Assembly: GCA_951406725.2 (NCBI GenBank)
Contig: OX597822.1
Location: 92,256,001 to 92,320,000, forward strand
DNA length: 64,000 nucleotides
Direction of reading: 5' to 3'
Source: Octopus vulgaris
Lineage: Eukaryota
The position numbers were made by a program, and so were the translations under genes. Below, in pieces: positions 1-12,620 of this stretch. Within the stretch, counting starts at the first letter, position 1; each line of letters opens with the position of its first letter. The notes under the pieces were generated by a model, which worked only from the letters and a program-made list of their open reading frames with translations, ran no database searches and was not told where the DNA came from.

Positions 1-394
1 CACACTCTCTTCTTAACCACATAGACAGACCTAATATGCAGGTTTGTAGAACTTATATAAATGGAAGTGTCTTGGCATGACCAGGAACATCTAACAGTAT
101 ACATGCATACATCATCATCATTTAATGCCCACTTTCCCATGTTTGTACAATTCAAACAGAATTTGTTGAGGCAGATGTCCTTCCTGTTGCCAACCTTCAC
201 TTGCTTCCAAGCAAGGTAACACTTCCCATGGCCAGACCTGTTGTTCATATTTCACAAACATCACTTGTATGATAGCAATGCTTATTTATAAGCATTCCAT
301 GATGAAAATATGAGAGTACATATGCACACATACATACACACACACACACACGATGGTTCTCTTGCAGTTTCCATTTACTAAATCCACACACGAA

Positions 395-908
395 GACCTG
401 TTGAGGCAAGCGAAGTCGAAATCGAATTCAAAATTGAACCAATCTTATGACTGGCACCCGGCAGTTGCCAGGGCCGCTGGACTGACTCCTGTGCAGGTGG
501 CAAGTAAAGAACCACCATTTTGACCCTGTGCTTGAGGAGATCCATTGAGTCAAGGGCACCAACATCAAAGATCAATGGAATCTGCAGTTGTGATCCCTGT
601 GCCGGTGGCACGTAAAAAGCACCATCCGAACGTGGCCGATGCCAGCACCACCTAAACTGGCTTCCGTGCCGGTGGCACATAAAAAGCACCAATCCGATCG
701 TGGCCGTTGCCAGCCTCGCCTGGCACCTGTGCCGGTGGTACATAAAAAGCACCCACTACACTCTTGGAGTGGTTGGGAAAGGCATCCAGCTGTAGAAACA
801 CTGCCAGATCAGACTGGTGCAGCCTTCTGGCTTCCCAGATCCCTGGTCGAACCGTCCAACCCATGCTAGCATGGAGAACGGACGTTAAATGATGATGATG
901 ATGATGAT
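395..908 (+). mobile_element. RTE-tailed SINE or RTE 3' end, inserted into an older minus-strand SINE
   Basis: Four imperfect copies of GCCGGTGGCACRTAAAAAGCACC and a (GAT)n tail. The same motif follows the RTE ORF near 63950. The flanks are two halves of a minus-strand SINE. Confidence 0.65.
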
Positions 909-1078
909 TCCCAGAGCTTTGGTCAGTCAAGACTAATAGAAGACACTTGCCCATGGTGGTGTGCAATTAAACCGATCCCATGACTATATGGTTGGGAATC
1001 AAGCTTCTTAGCCATTCAGTCACATTTGTGCCTATAAATATAAACACACATTCATACACGCATATGTGTGTGTGTGCG

Positions 1079-2078
1079 CACTGAAAAGTTCATAGGCTGA
1101 CTTTGAAGGAGTGATGCTAGAGTTGTAAAATCTTGCCTGCATTAATTTCAACTGTGCTTTATAATAACTGCATTGTTTTTTCAAGGTAAACTCATTGCTA
1201 CTAGTTATTTCAAAAGTAGCTAGTAGCAACAAATTTGGTATGCTAGTATTATGAAGTACCTGCAGAAAAAAGGTTTAGCCCCCAGCGACATTCATGCTGA
1301 CGTAGTTGCTACATTAGTGGGGGATGCTCCAGTTTTATCAACAGTGCAAAAGAGGACAGTTGAATTTAGGAGGTGAATGGTGAGTCTTGAAGATGAATCA
1401 ACATCAGGACGTCCTACAACTGCCACCACTGAGGAAAACATTGATCGTGTTCACTACATGATGCTGGATGAGAGGCAACTGACTATAAATCAAATAGCCA
1501 ATGTTAGCATATCCCATGAGATAGTTGAGAAGATTCTGCACAATGAACTTGGCAAGATGAAGGTTTCTGCTGGGGTGGGTGCCATCTCTTCTGGATGCCT
1601 GATCAAAAGCACACTAGGCTGACCACATCATGTTTGAGACAGATCCAGCTGGCTTTCTTCAGCAGTTCCTAACCCATGATGAGTGTTGAGCTCATCACTT
1701 TGAGTCAAAGACAAAAAGATAATCCAAAGAGTCTTGTTTCATCAGGACAATACTCCGGAACACAAGTCCTGGTTTCAATAACTGTTGTGTGTGACTGTGA
1801 CTTTGAACTGGTTGATCACCCTCCCTATTCTCTGTTCTTTGTTTCCTGACTATCATCTGTTCCCCAACATGAAAAAACACTTGGCTGGGAACGAGTATCA
1901 CAATGGTGATGATGTATCTGCTGTTGATGACTGTTTTAAGCAACAGGATTAAAGCTTCTTCTCCAATGAGATCCAAGCACTGCAACACTGATGGAAGAAG
2001 TGTGTGGACTGCAAGGGGGACTCGGCTGGAAAATAAACCTTATTTGGTCACATTCCATGAGAATATCTTGATCAGCCC
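1079..2078 (+). mobile_element. Degenerate mariner transposon
   Basis: Fragment SLEDESTSGRPTTATTEENIDRVHYMMLDERQLTINQIA matches the mariner HTH region. The terminal sequence CTGAAAAGTTCATAGGCTGAC is shared with copies ending near 15899 and 23797. Confidence 0.8.
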
Positions 2079-2080
2079 CC

Positions 2081-2114
<34 letters not shown>

Positions 2115-2201
2115 CGTAAATATACATGTGTGTGTATACACACACATGAATACACACATGCATGTGTATACACACACCATATATGTGTATATAAAGAATA
2201 A

Positions 2202-2352
2202 CAGTACACAACTGGTACTTAAATCTATTGACCCCGAAAGGATGAAAGACAAAGTTGACCTTGGCGGAATTTGAACTCGGAGCGTAACACCAGGTGAAAT
2301 ACCGCTAAGCATTTTGCCTGGCGTGCTAACAATTCTGCCAGCTCACCACCCT
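2202..2352 (-). mobile_element. tRNA-derived SINE (family B)
   Basis: The reverse strand reads GGTGAGCTGGCAGAATTGTTAGCACGCC...GAGTTCAAATTCCGCC (pol III A/B boxes). Further copies occur near 25765, 26765, 26980, 28575, 30800, 39095 and 58912. Confidence 0.8.
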
Positions 2353-2924
2353 TTAATATTCATAGAATATTACACCGATGATGATATATTTATTGTATCC
2401 TCAGCATAAACATTGTGAAGGTATGTGGCCTAGTTGTTGTGATTACTAGGCTACGCATCTTCTTGATAATATAGTTGTGAATATTAGTCTATACACTATC
2501 ATCATAAGGTTGTCAGTTTAATTCCTGAACAGAGTTGTGCATTGTGTCCTTGTGCAAGGTACATCATTTCACAGTGTCCTAGTCTATTCAGCTGCAAACG
2601 AGATTCTTAGATCAAGGTTCCTGGATTGCTGTATTTGCAGTAATTTCACTATTTATTTCAGATTTTCAAAGCCAAAATTATGATAAATGCTTAATTTGGT
2701 TAATGTTTCAGGCTATATAATTCATGGAATGTAAAATTTAACCATTGGAGTTAGCTTATAATCAAACTTCTTTCAAGAAACATTTAATTAGGAAATGCAT
2801 CATATTACTATTATGTGCTTAATTATTTTCTTAAATTGGCTATTTGTGTGACTTTAATTGTTCTCTTAATTTAAATGACTGTCTTATTTAATGAGTTTAA
2901 AATTTTAATTTTATTTTGTTCTAG

Positions 2925-3081
2925 ATAAGAGAAAAAATGGAGAAATGAAATCCAGTTCATTAGGACCAAAAACACCGCCTCCAGAACGGAAAAGTAAATT
3001 TGCAGCCTTAGGGAAAATATTTAAGCCTTGGAAATGGAAAAAAAAAAAAAAAAAGTGAAAACATTGTTCGGAAAGCTGTAG
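2925..3081 (+). CDS. PHACTR: Internal coding exon of a phosphatase and actin regulator (Phactr) gene, N-terminal basic/NLS region; apparent +1 frameshift in a poly-A run
   Basis: Acceptor ttttgttctag|AT and donor G|gtaagt. Translates (D)[42 protein letters not shown] then, after removing one [16 protein letters not shown]....[11 protein letters not shown] is the Phactr N-terminal signature. Confidence 0.9.
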
Positions 3082-3299
3082 GTAAGTAAATTTGATTATT
3101 TAGTTAACTTTTTAACAAATATTGCAAAAATAATTAATGCCAATTAACACAATTCATAACACCAGTTTATGATCTGATGGAATTTGAGACAAAATTGTAA
3201 ATTCCATATGTAAATTCCACTTGACATCAAAATTTACAAAATATGATTGTATTTTGTTGTGCTTTTCTTGTTTTTGATGAAAAAGGACTAAATATAATA

Positions 3300-5640
3300 A
3301 AGGTCAGTGGATACTACATATGACTGACATGTGGTCTAGATACACAGTGTCAGTTTTCATTGCTTGAAAGAGACCTAGTGATATGATTAATGCTTTGATG
3401 AAAAACTGGATTGGCATTTGAAGTCATGGGGCATTGATGATGGATAATGGAGGAGAATTCAACTCCGAAGAAATGCGTGAGATCACTTCAATCCTAAATA
3501 TACGTATTTGTACCATGGCTGGAATGGTTTGTGTTAGAGTGTTTATGCCATCACTGATATGATGTTGGAGAAACTAGCAGCAGACAATTCACAAGTGGAT
3601 TCTGATACTCTGTTGGCCTGGGCCAACATGGCAAAGAACTCATTACAAATGTGGAATGGTTTCGGTAGCCACCAGTTAGTATTTGGCAAGAACCCAAATG
3701 TACCAAATATAATGCAAGCGGGGTTAACTGCTTTAGAGGGAAGCACAACCAGTGAAACATTCTTCAAACATCTGAATGTTCTGCATGAGGCACGGAAAGC
3801 ATTCGAACAAATGGAAGCTAGTTGAAGGATTTGGTGGACTTTGAGGTCAAAAGTGAGAGCAGCAGAACAGATGTATGAAAATGGTGATAATGTGTTTTAC
3901 AAAAGAGAAGGAAAGGAGTAGTGGTGAGGTCCTGGTAAATTAGTTTTTCAGGATGGTAAAGTCATGTTTGTTAGACATGGTAGTGTATTTGTCAGTGTCA
4001 CCTAACAGACTATGCAAAGTGGGTGGATACACGAAAGAAAGTTATCCAGGGGTAGAAAACAATGACAATGACACAAACTCTGCCAGCAGCCAGGTAAGCA
4101 TCTCGAAATATCAACTGAATGTGTCAGAAAAAGTAGGTGTAGGTACTTCACATGACCATAAAAGTGACAATGGTCCTAAAAATGATAGTAATCCAAAGAA
4201 TAGAATCATATCAGAGTGAATCAATGTATTCAATATAAACTGCCAAAGTCTGAGGAATGGACAGATGCTGCAATATTAAGCAGAGCAGGTAAAATAACAG
4301 AAAGGAATAAAAAGATGGTATAATGTTTACAATGAGGTCAACAATGAAATGCAAAGCATTGATTTAGACTGTGTAGAGTGGAAAAGTTTGGACATACTGA
4401 AACCTGTGGAAATACATGTTACTGTGGATGATAATAATCCAAGCAGTGTAATAGCCAAACAAGCCGAATTACAAATCTTGTGAGAGTTTGAAACATATGA
4501 GGAAATGAAAGATAGTGGACAAAATACCATAAGGTGGGTGATTATAAGTAAAGATGGTAACATCAGAGCTCACCTTGTGGCATAAGGGTTTGAGGAACTG
4601 TTATTTATACCTAAGAATAGCCCGACTGTAGGAAAAGGAGTTATGAGAATACTTCTTGTTCTTGCAGCAAGTAAAAATTGCAATGTAAAAACCACAGACA
4701 TGAAGTCAGTTTTTTTTTTACAAGGCAAGGAACTTCTGTAGGAAGTGACACAGAAAAGTTATGTCTGGAAACTCAAATATGGATTATACGGGCTTAAGGA
4801 TAGTGCAAGACAGTTTTATTTGAGCACGAAAGATGAACTTACTAAATTAGAATGTAAACAGTTAAATTTGGATCCTGTCGTGTTCACATTGACAAAAGGT
4901 GGAAATCGGCTTGGAATCATATGTTGTCATGTTGATGATTTTCTCAGTGCTGGTGAGAAGATGTTTGAAGAAATGTTAATGCACTCAGACAGCGATTTCT
5001 AGCAGGTAAAGTTGAGGAAGGAAACTTCAGGTACATCGATTTCCAGATACAGCAAAGAACAGATGTAATAACACTCAATCATATGTACAGAAATATGTAC
5101 ATTCAGCATCTGTACAGAAATTGGATCATCCACAACTAGATCCTATACATGCATCTAAGAAACAACCTCAACGGAATGCAGGCGAACAGTCCCAGTTCAG
5201 GAAGTTAGTTGGTCACTTGAACTGGCTGGTACAAGGGTCACATCCAGACATGACCTTTGAATTAATTGATCTAAGTACAAAACTGTCAGAAACATCTGTT
5301 GCTGACTTACTGGGAAAATTGAAGGTTATAAAGCTTGTTCAGTCATTCCCATCCCTGCAAGGAAAGCTTACAGAAGACTGGGAAATATTCCTATTCAGTG
5401 ATGCAGCTTTAGTGAATATAAATAATGGCAAAGGGAGTACTGGAGCACACCTATTGTGGATTAAAGATTGTCTTGGAAATTGTTGTCCAATCTACTGGAA
5501 ATCCAATAAAATCAAAGGAACAGTTCGATCCATTATATCTGCTGAAGCCTTAAGCTTGCAGAAAGGATTGGTATCAGCAATATACTATAGAAAAGTCTTA
5601 GAAAACATTTGTGGGATAGGTGAGAAGAGTCTACCAATCA
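3300..5640 (+). mobile_element. Decayed Ty1/Copia LTR-retrotransposon pol (integrase, RT, RNase H); no LTRs seen
   Basis: Domain order IN-RT-RH: integrase DMWSRY...DNGGEF; RT DMKSVF, LKYGLYGLKDSARQFY, CHVDDF; RNase H FSDAA...WKSNKIKGTVRSIISAEALS. Many stops and frameshifts. Confidence 0.9.
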
Positions 5641-5844
5641 CAGAACGTTCTGCTACCACTCATAGCACGCTTTAAAAACTGTTGAAAGACGATCTGTGCT
5701 CAGTTTTTCTCTCTTCTTTGCTTACTCTCTCAATATATGTCCTCCCTCTACACGGAGTCCTTTCTACAAAGGAAGGTCATTATATGAGTTATCTTCCTTA
5801 CATCTTAACAACATCTCCTACATCTTAATCTTGTAAGAAATGCA

Positions 5845-6240
5845 GAAGAACCTAGGGATAGATGTGTGGTTGGTGAGAGCTGTTCACACTATGTGCTGGG
5901 ATGTTGTCAGCAATGAGTATAGCAAAGAATTTAGTGTACAGGTAGGAGTTCACCACAGATCGGTTCTCAGCCCCATTCTTGTTCCTCCAGGCCATAACAG
6001 AGGAATTTAAGACTGGCTGCTCCTGATGGCCTGTAATAGAGAAGAAATTTCATGTGGAAGCAAGGTCTGTAATTTAAAGGCCTTAGAGATAATTTGGTAA
6101 AAAAATACAAAGTCCTAGTAAGTAGGAAAACAGACAAATCACAAATCCCTTCAGGGACATGGCCATGCTCAATATGTAGAAAAGGTGTTGGTAGAATCTC
6201 CATAGTGTATATCTAGTGCAAGCTATGCACACATCAGAGG
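5845..6240 (+). mobile_element. RTE LINE reverse transcriptase fragment
   Basis: LGIDVWLVRAV...VQVGVHH.SVLSP...ITEEFKTGC, homologous to the copy at 62680-64000. Confidence 0.75.
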
Positions 6241-6269
6241 AAGGTGACCTATCAAACTAATTACGTAAA

Positions 6270-8872
6270 CAGAATTCCGATTGATCAAAAGTGTCTTCTT
6301 GTCTCAAGCTCTGATTTTCTGTCTATTCTTGTCAGAACCTTTGATAAGGAGTATCGAAATTTTAATCCCTTTCACACTTATAAAATGTCAAGCAAACTTT
6401 AAAATTTGTCATTACTGTTTTAGCCAGGAGACCAAACTGATAGTTTGGTAACCCACTAAAATAAACATTAAAAATCAAAAGGAGGAAATAAACAGCTTTG
6501 CAAGTTTAATCCAGTGTTTATTGAACAAGAAAGGTGCGAAATTTAAGAAGCGACTTGTTAGAATCTACACATGTGTGAGGAGACATAAACAGGAATAGTA
6601 AAAATCTCTTATACCAAAAGAACTAGTGTTCTATGAAGAGAACATAAGATTGCTGCATAATTCAACATGAATGTGAAACAACATTAAACATTGTATAAGG
6701 TAAATGAAGGTTTCAGTAGGAACGCTAAGTCATAGTCATTTAGTGAGTTTATATGTGCAAGGATGAATTATGATGTCGTTGATGTTAGAAGCAGTAAGAG
6801 CTGGTAGCAGCGATGTTGGCAGTGATGAATTTCATTATTCTAACATGGAGAAAGTGAGCAATAGCTTCCTGGAGACTAAACGCTAGCTAGACTTCTTAGG
6901 TGGAGAAAAACTGATTTATTTAAGGAAATTGCTGGGCTCCATTGCAATAGGTAGAAACTCCAAGCAATGTAAAATATGACCTGGACCGTGATTAACAGCA
7001 TAAACATCAAACTTCAAAAAGTAGTGAACAATTTAATGGTTTTAGTAAATTCATACAGAAAGAGTAAGCATTGTACTGTACATCATTTTTCAACAAAAAA
7101 ATTTCTAAAAAAATTCTGGAAACAATCTACTCATGTAATTTATTCATCCCCTAAAGTTTACTTTTGTTTTTGCAAAAAAAAAGTGCGTAAATTACACGGG
7201 TTTTTATGGTACTTATATTTATTCGCTTTATTGATGGTAACCAAACCATAAATCAGTTCTTTAGTTGCAAAGAAATGCCACTCATTACAAAAAATCAAAA
7301 TATTTTTGACATTTTATCTGCCTACCTCATAAAATGGAATTTGTCCTGGAATTCGTGTTGGAATATGTACTGATGGGGTACCACGTATGATAGGCTCTAT
7401 TAAAGGTTTTGTATTTCTCATACAACAGCAAAATCCTAATGTTATATGTACTCATTGCTTCCTACATAGAGAAAGAATACCAGTTGAGTTTAAGTGAGTA
7501 TTAAACCAAGTTGTTGAAATGGTTATTATATTAAAAGTAGGTTGTTGAAGTGTTGCTTATTTGAACAAATTTGTCTTGATATGGATTCCCAGCACAAACA
7601 CCTTTACACAGAAAAGTCAGATGGCTTTCAAAAGGTGAGGTGCTATGTTGCATACATGAACTCCAGAAGGAATTGCATCCATTTTTTAAAGAAGAAAAGC
7701 ATGACCACTTTTTGGAATATCTACAATGTGAAGTTTGGGTTTCCCAGCTGGAATATTTAACAGAGATATTTGCACAACTTAATAGCATATTGCCACTTTG
7801 GCTATGTTTTGATATAACTCTCAGACTTGTCAACAACACAGCTAACCCAATCAGCTGTTAGGTACAGCTTTTGGGTAAATTCTGTAAAAAAATTTTATTT
7901 ATTTTTGTAGGTGGAAATGTACATTTCGTTTGATGTCAGTATAAAGTGAAAGAGAAATTGACAGGGACGTGTGTTTGTGTTGATAGAGGGTGCGAGACAG
8001 AAAGTGTGTATGTGAGAGAGAGAGATGTGTTGCTGTGTATTTATGTATGTACGTGTATATGGCAGATAATGGGTGTACATATGTTTGTGTGCGTGTGTGA
8101 CTGATCCTAGCCATTTTACACATATACAACAACACCTCTCTCTCTCTAAGTCAATCACTCATGCACTCACTTGCTAAAACAAGATGCAAGAAAAACTAAA
8201 TTGGTAAAAAAATTTATGCTATCATTCTCTCCCTCTATCTCACTCACACACAGAATAAGACACACCTTCTCTCTCTCTCTCTCTCTCAAACACACACTCA
8301 CTAAAAAGGATACAAGAAAAAGTAAATAAAATTTACACTACCTCTCTCTCTCTCTCTGACACATACATCAACACACATGTTCTCTTTCTCTCTGACAACA
8401 CACGCCTCTCTCTGTCAATCACTCACACACACTCACTTAAAAAAGATGCAAGGAACGATAAATATAAAAGTGTACATTGTCACTCTCTCTCCCTCACACA
8501 CATACACCTTCTCTCTCTCTCTCTCTCTCACTCAGCTCACATACACACACAACACACACTTTCCGTCTTGCACTTCCCATCAACACATACAGACATCCCT
8601 GTCATTTTTCTCTCTCTTTCATTTTTTACTGACGTCAAACGAAGTGTACATTTCCAGCCACAAAAATAAATAAAATATTTTTACAGAATTTACCAAATGC
8701 TGTATCGTAACAGCTGAGCTGTGTGTACACGCCTTTGTGTCATGCCATTACTTTGTAGTTTATGCTATGCTAACATGTATAAAATCCCTTTTGAATAAAT
8801 TTTAGAATTTATGTACAAAGTGCACCACAATATTTTGACTTCTTATGTAAAAAAAAGTTTGGGAACCACTGA
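6270..8872 (+). mobile_element. Decayed hAT (Charlie/Buster-type) transposon, interrupted by a foldback element
   Basis: VGICTDGVPRMIGSIKGFVFLIQQQNPNVICTHCFLHRE near 7357-7473 is a hAT catalytic-region motif. The right TIR GTTTGGGAACCACTG ends at about 8871. The left boundary is approximate. Confidence 0.75.
7852..8716. mobile_element. Foldback or MITE element with long imperfect terminal inverted repeats and a microsatellite-rich core
   Basis: CAGCTGTTAGGTACAGC...GGTAAATTCTGTAAAAA...TGACAGGGA at the left end is the reverse complement of TCCCTGTCA...TTTTTACAGAATTTACC...GCTGTATCGTAACAGCTG at the right end, over roughly 160-190 bp. Confidence 0.8.
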
Positions 8873-9310
8873 TATAGACAGTATTATCCAATGAATGCTT
8901 GTGCAGTGTTTTTCCCTCAATTCATTCATTTATTAACAGACAATATGAGACATGTGAAGTAGTTGATTCAGAGCAGTAAATATAGGGTTTCATGTGCAGT
9001 CCCAGGAATTTTTCATAGGGAGGGCACAAGATCAAAATGGAATGCAATTCCAGGAGAAAAGGGTGTAATAACATTATTTAGAAGGGTGCACTTCTTTTCT
9101 TGAGAGGGGCACAAGCCCCTCAGGCTATCCCCTCCCCTGGGTCTGCCCCTGGGTTTTGTTATTTGAGTAACACAACATCAAGTCTCAGGAACACATGCAG
9201 ACCTGTTCAAGTGCAGCATCGTGAGTAAAAGGGAAAGAATGACATTGATGATGTTGATGACAATGTTAATGACTCTTTCAACACCTCTTTCGTTTAATTT
9301 TTTCTAATTG

Positions 9311-9345
<35 letters not shown>

Positions 9346-12019
9346 TTGAAAGGAATGTGTTGCTTTCTTAATTTGCATTTGAAAGAATTTAAAGATATTC
9401 TGCTGAAATCACATATATTATCTAGAAATTTTATAGGTCAATTATTTCACAAGCTATTTTTTTTATATAGCTATGTTTCCATTAAAAAATAATTGCTACT
9501 TAATTTATCAGGCTATTTGTAATTAAGATACAAAAATCAGTGAACTCTGTCCTCATCTCGAATTGAGTCACTAGATCTTCACCAGTATGTGTGTTATGCT
9601 CTTATAGGAAGAAGGTATCCATTGTAATAGTAAGGGGATGTTGATGATGACAATAGCTTTTAGAGTGTGCAGCTCCAGTTATTTGTCTGATTTCCCTGTT
9701 AGCAGTGATTTCAAAGGAATGTTCAGTTGTGTAGGTAATTTGCTATTTCTGGTTATAGCAATGTTTTTAAATTACATAAAAGATGAATGTCTTTTTTTCT
9801 TTCTTTTTTCCTTTGAGCTGGTTGTAGATTTCATGAGATTTATTACCTGTTCATTTCATGTTTTAGGACCAGTTATTATTATAAGTATTTGGTGAAAATT
9901 AACTGATACTGAGCAATGACTCAAGTAATTTTTTTGGAGATGATTAAATGAAGTCAGATAAGGTTACAAAGTGTCAATACTTTTGTAGATCAGATCCAAG
10001 CTTTGTGATGTTTTTTTTTGTTTTTAAATTCATTAAAAATCAGTCCATTATTAATGTGGAGAATGGACTACTTTTGGAAAGAGTTTTTGCAAATGATGTG
10101 TGCAATTATTTATTTAATAGTTGTTTAATGTCGCAAGAAATGTAGAAGCTACTACTAAGAAGATGAGAAAATTAAAATAGTTGAATTTTTGGAATGGTGA
10201 TAAAGATTACAAGAACTTCAATAATACTCTTGTATTTTTCTCCGTCACAACATATGAATGAGAAAGTAAAGGGTGATAGATGAATAAGGAAGGGAGGAGT
10301 AATGGCAAACTGGTGGGATGGTGAACATTCAATGCTGAAAAGAAAAATCAAACAGCATTTCAACTGTATGTAAGTATATGTGTGCATGTACAAGGGAAGT
10401 ATGTGAATGTATGTGAACATTGACTAGTGTATTAATTTGATTTACCATCCATACTTATATATAAAATACTACAATTAGCTGTCATTTTTGATGACACAGG
10501 CCCAGCTAGTAAGAAATATTCTGAGATTAGAAGGAATGTGCTGTATGAGCGACTGATCAATTGGTGAAAGAATAATTAAGTTAAAAGTTGAATGTTAGAT
10601 GCAGCTCAACTTTTTTTCATTTTTTTCGTTGTTCTTTTCTTTGGGTGATTATAACTAAACCTTCCTCTAGCAATGCAATAAATAAATGTTTCAATTATAA
10701 ATTACCAAGTTTGTTAAAGAGAAACAATTGTTATTTAGAAGTTTGTGACATTTACATCAAATTTTGTTACTATATTTTTGTTGAAATACACTGCCTTTGT
10801 TTGAATTTTGAAAATGAAGAATTTAGTAAAATGATTAAACTGATAAATGGGAAATGAATTAACATGAAATTTTTGATGGAACAATTTGATTTAGAGAACT
10901 TTCAAATATGAAGTTTGTATCTTAGGGCTACAGGTGGTCTCAAGTGTTTTGTCACCAAGTGGGTTAAGACAATGGCTGTTGTATATGGAAAGAAAGATCA
11001 TATTGGTGAGATAGTTATAAGATGTCAGATGTAAATAGTGACCACGATTTAATGTACTACTAATAGCTAATTAATGTAGATTATATCCAGGGTAATTATT
11101 GTCCTTTGATATCATTACTATTTCAATATAGATATTTAGCTATATGGCATAAAGCTCTAATTAAATAACCGTTATTCAAATATTGTTTGTGTCATTAAGT
11201 CTGATGTATCAATAAGATTTGATCATTTGTTAAAGTTTGATGTATCAGTAAGGTATCACTGATATCCCAATACCTAATTGAAGGAGCCTCTCTGTGGTTG
11301 ACAAACCTATTAGAGATAACAGCCAAATTTCTATCAATCAATGTACAGGCTTAAAAAATTATAAATATTCATTGGATTATATCCTCCATAGATATTATGC
11401 TTGAAAAATTATAAGCTGGGTTGGTCATGGTTGGAACATTTTGACAACAACTTGCTCTAACTTGAAGCTTGTAAATAAAGGGCACTGGTGTTTCTCATTC
11501 ACTGGTTTTGATCATTGGATTTTGGCCATGTTGGATCACTACTTCTGTTGAGTCTATTTATGTATGATTGTTGTTGTCATTTAGCCCCAGGTCAGCTCTG
11601 ATCCAGTAGACTTTGGTTTAAAAATGTTTCAGCTGAGATGATCTCGTTTTAGGGGCATCTAGCTCTATACTTTCCAATGTGTTGATCATATCAAACCCCT
11701 TCCCTGAATGTAGTCATCTCTCATGAGAATAAAGACCTGGAAATTACACTTAAAGTTCATGCTTGGACAAGAGTTTTTTTTTTAAACTAGCAATTGCCCA
11801 TGCATACAAGTCTCTGTCCTCTTGTACACTACCAGGAAAATAAGGGTTGATATACCTTGGCACCAGTCTCATTGTTGGTGTAGTTGTTAGAAAGCAAAAA
11901 GCCAAGGCAAATACCACAAAGTATCTCCTAATGTTTTCAGCAATCCAACGTTTTGAACTAGTACTTTATGATAATATAAATAATAATAAAGTCTGTGTAA
12001 TGATTACCTACAGTGATCT

Positions 12020-12620
12020 AAACCCAAGCTAACAAACTGTTCTGTCTCCAAGATTCTCTTGTCATAACCACCATTTTTCCCCCTACTCAAATCTTAATTA
12101 CTCCCCTCATCTTGAAATACTTCTAAGCAGCTGAGAATGCTTCATAATAATTCAGTTTCACTTAAAATTTATACTATTACCTATTATCCATTATAATCAT
12201 TAATGTCCTTAAACCTTAATTCCACCTTTTAGAAACAACTAATTATTTTCTCTGCTCTTCTTCACCTCCTCAATTAATCAAACTCATCTGTATCTTAATC
12301 CATCACAGTCTCCCCAACTAATTCACAATGTTGTCATACCTAATCTGATCAGCTTCTTCCCTCTTAAGAAAATACTTTGTAAACATAAAATGACATTAGT
12401 TTATTTTATCAATGCTGTTTCACTTCTTTCTTCATTACAGTTAAGGTACAGTTATCTTGTTTTGATTTTTTTCTTTATTGCTCACATCTAGTATAGACAT
12501 AGTAGTTGATCAGTCTTCATTAAATTTGGAGACATTCTCAGCACCAACTGCTCTACATGGGAGATGGGAGTCTACAGACTACGAAGTCAGTTGCTGTAAA
12601 GCTGCAGGCTAGCTTTGATC
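12020..12620 (-). mobile_element. Probable highly decayed copy of the ORF1-only retroelement family seen at 45.6-47.6 kb
   Basis: Purine-rich minus strand with faint peptide similarity (KVELR vs TVEVR). Boundaries are approximate. Confidence 0.3.
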
